Assembly (NCBI GenBank): GCA_964291285.2
Contig: OZ219785.1
Coordinates: 576,001 to 640,000 of the forward strand
Origin: Alphaproteobacteria bacterium
Lineage (GTDB): Bacteria > Pseudomonadota > Alphaproteobacteria > Bin95
DNA: 64,000 nt
Direction of reading: 5' to 3'
In this document: piece after piece, positions 60,161-64,000 of the stretch
Numbering within the stretch: position 1 is the stretch's first letter
Layout of the letters: every line of letters starts with the position of its first letter
Made by a program: the position numbers and the translations under genes
The notes under the pieces: model-generated
Seen by the model: only the letters and a program-made list of their open reading frames with translations
Told to the model about the DNA's origin: nothing
The model's database searches: none

Positions 60161-61959
60161 CACCCCCTTCCGCGAATGCACCCACCATCCTCGCGATTTT
60201 AAGCGGAAAGGGAGGCGTCGGGAAAACCATGCTGGCCGCCGCCACTGCCTATGAGCTTTCTCGCGTCCAGCCTACACTAATTCTTGACCTCGACTTCTTC
60301 AATCGTGGTCTCTCCGGCTTGCTTCTCAACAATAGACTTGGAGACGAAGTCTCACCGCCGCTCTTCTTTGTCGACGACTCCGCCGCGCCATGGACGGTTT
60401 CGAAAGTAACCACCAATATTTACACCGTCTCGTTCCCCGATATACCCGACGCCATTTCTTCCCGCCTCTCTTCCATTTCCGTTAATTCTCTCGCTACCCA
60501 GCTCCACGATTGGATACTTGAGATAACACGTGCCACAGGCTGTCGTGCTGTCGTCTTAGACTGTCATGGTGGTCCGGATGCTCTTTCCTTTGCTGCCGCG
60601 ACAATCGCAAATAAATCTTTGCTGGTTTCGGAGCCAGATCGAATCACGATGTACGGAACACTTCACTTTTTACGAAAAATTTCAGAACTTTCCATTGATA
60701 TTACCAATGTTCATCTGGTGCTTAATAAAGTCATAGACTCATTCACGTCCAGATTTCTGTTAAATACCTATGATACTCATCTAAAGGATCGTTTCTGTGG
60801 CAAGCCTCTATTGGCTTTGTTTCCGTTGGAGGGGTACCTTACAAAGCATTTTGAGCATAGACCATTTGTTACGGCGGATTTTCCAGAATCAATACTGGCG
60901 CGCAAAACTCAAATAATGCTGGCTAACCTTCTGGCTAAAGATACATCAGAGCTTGTACCTGAGCGAGCACGGAATATGTATCAGCCAATAGCCTTCTTTT
61001 GGAAATTCTATATGGGGAGAACACCTAAAGTACTGCAGGTAGACTTTGCCATGATAGCAGGGTTTTTGGTTCTTTTGTTGCTTATTGCTGCGGAGATAGC
61101 TGCGAAGTTTGTGGGTATAGACGACGGCAGAAATGCGATATTATTGCCGATGGCAGCGAGCGTCCCTATTTGGGCATTATTCACTGGGCTATTATCTTGG
61201 ACTAAGCAGTTAGACCAGAAGATGACTCTGTTTTCAAGAAGGGGATATCGGATCTATTTTTTATGTTGTGCTGCAGGAATTTTTCTTATGTGGACGGCAC
61301 CTATAGAATTGGCGGCGTATGTGATTGCAAATATAGAGCCGTTAGATGAAGTGTTCAAGCCAATGAAGTATCTTTGGTATGTAATGTTCGTGGTCATGTT
61401 ATTTATCTGGGGAAGGCAGGTGTTTCGTGCCGAGGAGGACACCAAATATTCCTATCGCCAGATGGAACCGACAATTAGATTTGTGCTGGCATTGATTATC
61501 TTGGCCGGTGCGGCGAATGTTACTGTAGATCGGGGATTCCTCACAGATATGCTACTGAAGGATGGCAGCTATCGGAAATATGGATTTATCACATTGACAA
61601 AGAAGGAGGTTGAGGAGGGGGCGAAGAAGGCGGCGGAGTTGCAGATAGATGCCCCGTCCGTTTTCGGGAGGGTGGAAGATGGGACCAAATGGTACACGAT
61701 GAATATCGGGGAGGAGAAGAGGTACCTAATAGCCGTGAAGGCGGAGTTTGGGGACCCCCGGGTGGGATTATTTGGAGCGGACGAGGCCGATTATGAGTAT
61801 ATCGCACAAGATGACGATGGAGGAGTGCGTTTCGATTCGCGGCTTGAGGAGCAGTTGAAGGCGGGGACCTATTACGTAGGTGTTCGGGGGTTTCTTGGAC
61901 AGCCGGTTCGGTACTGGATAGGTATCGTCGGCGGATTGAGGGCGGTAACGGAGCAGTAG
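60157..61959 (+). CDS. ParA/MinD-family ATPase fused to a multi-TM region and a C-terminal PPC-like domain
   Basis: SGKGGVGKT, LDLD, VLDCHGG, VLNK; about 5 TM segments; DP...LF......IAQDDDGG..FDSRL...L.AGTYYV.V. Confidence 0.82.
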   Translation: MTPPSANAPTILAILSGKGGVGKTMLAAATAYELSRVQPTLILDLDFFNRGLSGLLLNNRLGDEVSPPLFFVDDSAAPWTVSKVTTNIYTVSFPDIPDAISSRLSSISVNSLATQLHDWILEITRATGCRAVVLDCHGGPDALSFAAATIANKSLLVSEPDRITMYGTLHFLRKISELSIDITNVHLVLNKVIDSFTSRFLLNTYDTHLKDRFCGKPLLALFPLEGYLTKHFEHRPFVTADFPESILARKTQIMLANLLAKDTSELVPERARNMYQPIAFFWKFYMGRTPKVLQVDFAMIAGFLVLLLLIAAEIAAKFVGIDDGRNAILLPMAASVPIWALFTGLLSWTKQLDQKMTLFSRRGYRIYFLCCAAGIFLMWTAPIELAAYVIANIEPLDEVFKPMKYLWYVMFVVMLFIWGRQVFRAEEDTKYSYRQMEPTIRFVLALIILAGAANVTVDRGFLTDMLLKDGSYRKYGFITLTKKEVEEGAKKAAELQIDAPSVFGRVEDGTKWYTMNIGEEKRYLIAVKAEFGDPRVGLFGADEADYEYIAQDDDGGVRFDSRLEEQLKAGTYYVGVRGFLGQPVRYWIGIVGGLRAVTEQ

Positions 61960-62198
61960 AACGATGTGGAATGTGAAGGGCGCGCTGCAGGAGGGCGTTA
62001 GGGGCCGTCCATAGAGCGACAGTTCGGGTCGTTGCTGCGAGGGGTGCCGGCGGTATAGTTTTGACCAGGTGGGGGCGCAGCGTTGGCTAGGGTAGAATTA
62101 CGGCGGCCCCTGGCGGCAAAGTAAGCGGAAGTCGGAGTGCATCGGGCAAACTTCGGCGGGTGCATGTTCCGGCATCTTCGCGATTGGGAGGTGCCTTA

Positions 62199-63050
62199 GG
62201 CAGAATCGACATTCATCGCATCCAGAGGATAGCAGAAGCGATGTGTATGAAGGCGAGGAAGTATATTGCTTTTCGGTCGTATCGGGTTGCGATGCGGCGG
62301 AAGTGTTTGATCTTGTTGAAGTAGCGCTCGATGCGGTTTCGGTGTTTGTAGATTTCGGCGTCATAGCCGATGAGACGCTTTCGCGTTGGATTGCAGGGGA
62401 TGACGGCCTCGGCCTCGATGTCGGCGATGCGGTTGCGGATGGCATTGGCGTCGTAAGCAGCGTCGGCGAGCACATGGCGGGGCCGAAACCCCTCCATCAA
62501 CGCCAGGGCCTTTGGCGCGTCGCCGGCCTGTCCGGGCGAGAGGATCACGCGGAGCGGTCGTCCGAGAGTGTCGCAGGCGATGTGTATTTTGGTCGTCAGT
62601 CCGCCTCTGGAACGCCCCAGAGCCTGATCCCGGCCCCCCCTTTTCCGGTCGCCGCCTGTTGATGCGCGCGCACGATGGTGCTGTCGAGCATGAGATAGCC
62701 ATTGTCGCGATCCGCCGTCAGGGTATCGAACACCCTCTCCCACACGCCCACTTTGGCCCAGCGTGTGAAACGCTTGTGCACCGACTTCCACTTCCCATAG
62801 CGCGGCGGCAGGTCGTGCCAGTGGGCGCCCGAACGAAGCACCCACAGAACCGCGTTGACGAACAACCGGTTGTCTGCTCCCGAACGCCCCGGATCGCCCG
62901 GCTTGCCCAGAAGCAGACCTTCGATGCGGACCCACTGCGCATCCGTCAGCTCATAGCGCTTCACCATACGCCCAACTCCAACCGAAAATCAGTTGGAGCG
63001 TCATGAATCACATAATGTCTTCCCAGGGAATCCTGTATGTCGATTGAACC
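62199..63050 (-). mobile_element. IS5-family (IS427-like) element, 852 bp, with TA duplication
   Basis: IRs ggcagaatcgacat / atgtcgattgaacc; TA at 62197-62198 and 63051-63052. Confidence 0.85.
62213..62967 (-). CDS. IS5-family transposase (two ORFs joined by a -1 frameshift)
   Basis: OrfA: YELTDAQW...GAHWHDLP.RYG.W...LDSTIVRAHQ. OrfB: LGRSRGGLTTKIH...AD.AYD...Y..RN.IER.F..IK.FRRIATRYD. Slippery AAAAGGGGGGG at 62634-62644. Confidence 0.9.
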
Positions 63051-63144
63051 TAGGGCAGTTCGGTGCGAAAGAAGACGCCGCCTGCACGACCGCATCGTCT
63101 GCCGCGCCGAAGGGGGCGTGGACAAGAGAGAGGCTCCAGCCAAG

Positions 63145-63975
63145 ATGATCCGGGATGATCTCGACCATTACCGCGACAACGGCTTCATCCATCCCAGGCC
63201 CCTTCTGGCGCCTGCCGAGGCCGCCCGCTACCGCAAGGCGTGCGAGGCCTCCTGCGTCGAAGCCGGACGAAAGCCCTCCCGGCGCCAGCAGGACAACCGC
63301 GTCAAGCCCTACCTGCTGTTTCCCTGGGCGGCAGAGCTCGTGCGCCATCCGGGGCTGCTGGACATGGTGGAGGCGCTCATCGGCCCCGACATCCTGGTGT
63401 TCCACACCACGGTCTGGATCAAGGAAGGCGGCAGCGGGTCCTTCGTGCCCTGGCACCAGGACGGCACCTATTTCGGCCTTGAGCCGCTGGAGCAGGTGAC
63501 CGCCTGGGTGGCGCTGACCGAATCGACCAGGGAGATGGGGTGCCTCCGCTTCCTGCCGGGCTCCCACCGCGAGGGCCAGGTGCAGCACCGCGACCGTGAC
63601 GACGAGGCGCTCATGCTGTCGCGCGGCCAGACCGTCCAGCGCGCCGTGGACGAGGACAGCGCCGTCCATCTGGAGTTCGCGCCGGGCGAGGTTTCCTTCC
63701 ACCACACGATGGCCATGCACAGCTCCGGCCCCAACCGCTCGGCCCGGCGGCGCATCGGCATCGGCATCAGCTACATACCGGCCCATGTCCGCCATGTAAC
63801 GCCCGTTCGGCTCTCGGCTTCCCTGGTGCGCGGCCGGGACCGCTACGGCCATTTCGACCCGGAGCCGCGCCCCGAGCGGGACGGCGGGACGGCTGCCGAA
63901 GCCGTCCATGCCGACAGCCTCGACCGCTTCTGGCGCGCCTCGGAATACATCCCGGAGATGCAGGGCATCCACTGA
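63145..63975 (+). CDS. Phytanoyl-CoA dioxygenase (PhyH) family Fe(II)/2-oxoglutarate oxygenase
   Basis: WHQD..YF, GCL.F.PGSH, H.S.PN.S..RR.G. Confidence 0.9.
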   Translation: MIRDDLDHYRDNGFIHPRPLLAPAEAARYRKACEASCVEAGRKPSRRQQDNRVKPYLLFPWAAELVRHPGLLDMVEALIGPDILVFHTTVWIKEGGSGSFVPWHQDGTYFGLEPLEQVTAWVALTESTREMGCLRFLPGSHREGQVQHRDRDDEALMLSRGQTVQRAVDEDSAVHLEFAPGEVSFHHTMAMHSSGPNRSARRRIGIGISYIPAHVRHVTPVRLSASLVRGRDRYGHFDPEPRPERDGGTAAEAVHADSLDRFWRASEYIPEMQGIH

Positions 63976-64000
63976 AGGCCGGGGCGGGCCCGGAACGGTG

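Larger units (their letters stand above)
59436..63142. mobile_element. Island bounded by a diverged direct repeat (about 65 bp) of the pdxH 3' end
   Basis: 59436-59502 resembles 63078-63142 (ccgcctgcacgaccgcat...gagaggctccagcca). Confidence 0.8.

Overview
A high-GC chromosomal window from an alphaproteobacterium (Rhodospirillales-like; a host- or sponge-associated lifestyle is inferred only from the two FN3/Ig-repeat autotransporters). It lies in or near the origin region: mnmG-rsmG-parA-parB, two perfect parS palindromes and mipZ are present. The backbone is housekeeping: algH, dsbD, Crp/Fnr regulator, lpxD, ispE, ETF-QO, UDG, lytic transglycosylase, moaB, cobT/cobS, mlaA/mlaC, metF, dapB, amt, a DnaJ-family gene and pdxH. 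Five accessory patches interrupt it. (1) 2.8-6.8 kb: an IS1380-like element truncating a GIY-YIG gene, plus a DinG 3' remnant. (2) A 132-bp TACC...GGTA MITE inserted in frame, with a single TAG, in an aminotransferase gene. (3) A lower-GC cassette of an orphan ParA and an unknown partner. (4) A 5.3-kb island between the CTAG stop sites of parB and mlaC, holding a TRAP transporter bracketed by inverted copies of the same MITE family. (5) A 3.6-kb island bounded by a duplicated pdxH 3' end, carrying an unusual ParA/MinD-transmembrane-PPC fusion with a sharp C-to-G skew inversion. A MotB/OmpA-type protein is also extended to 1299 aa by 49/53-aa coiled-coil repeats. No rRNA, tRNA or CRISPR array was recognised. 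All family calls come from reading motifs by eye; no database search was run.
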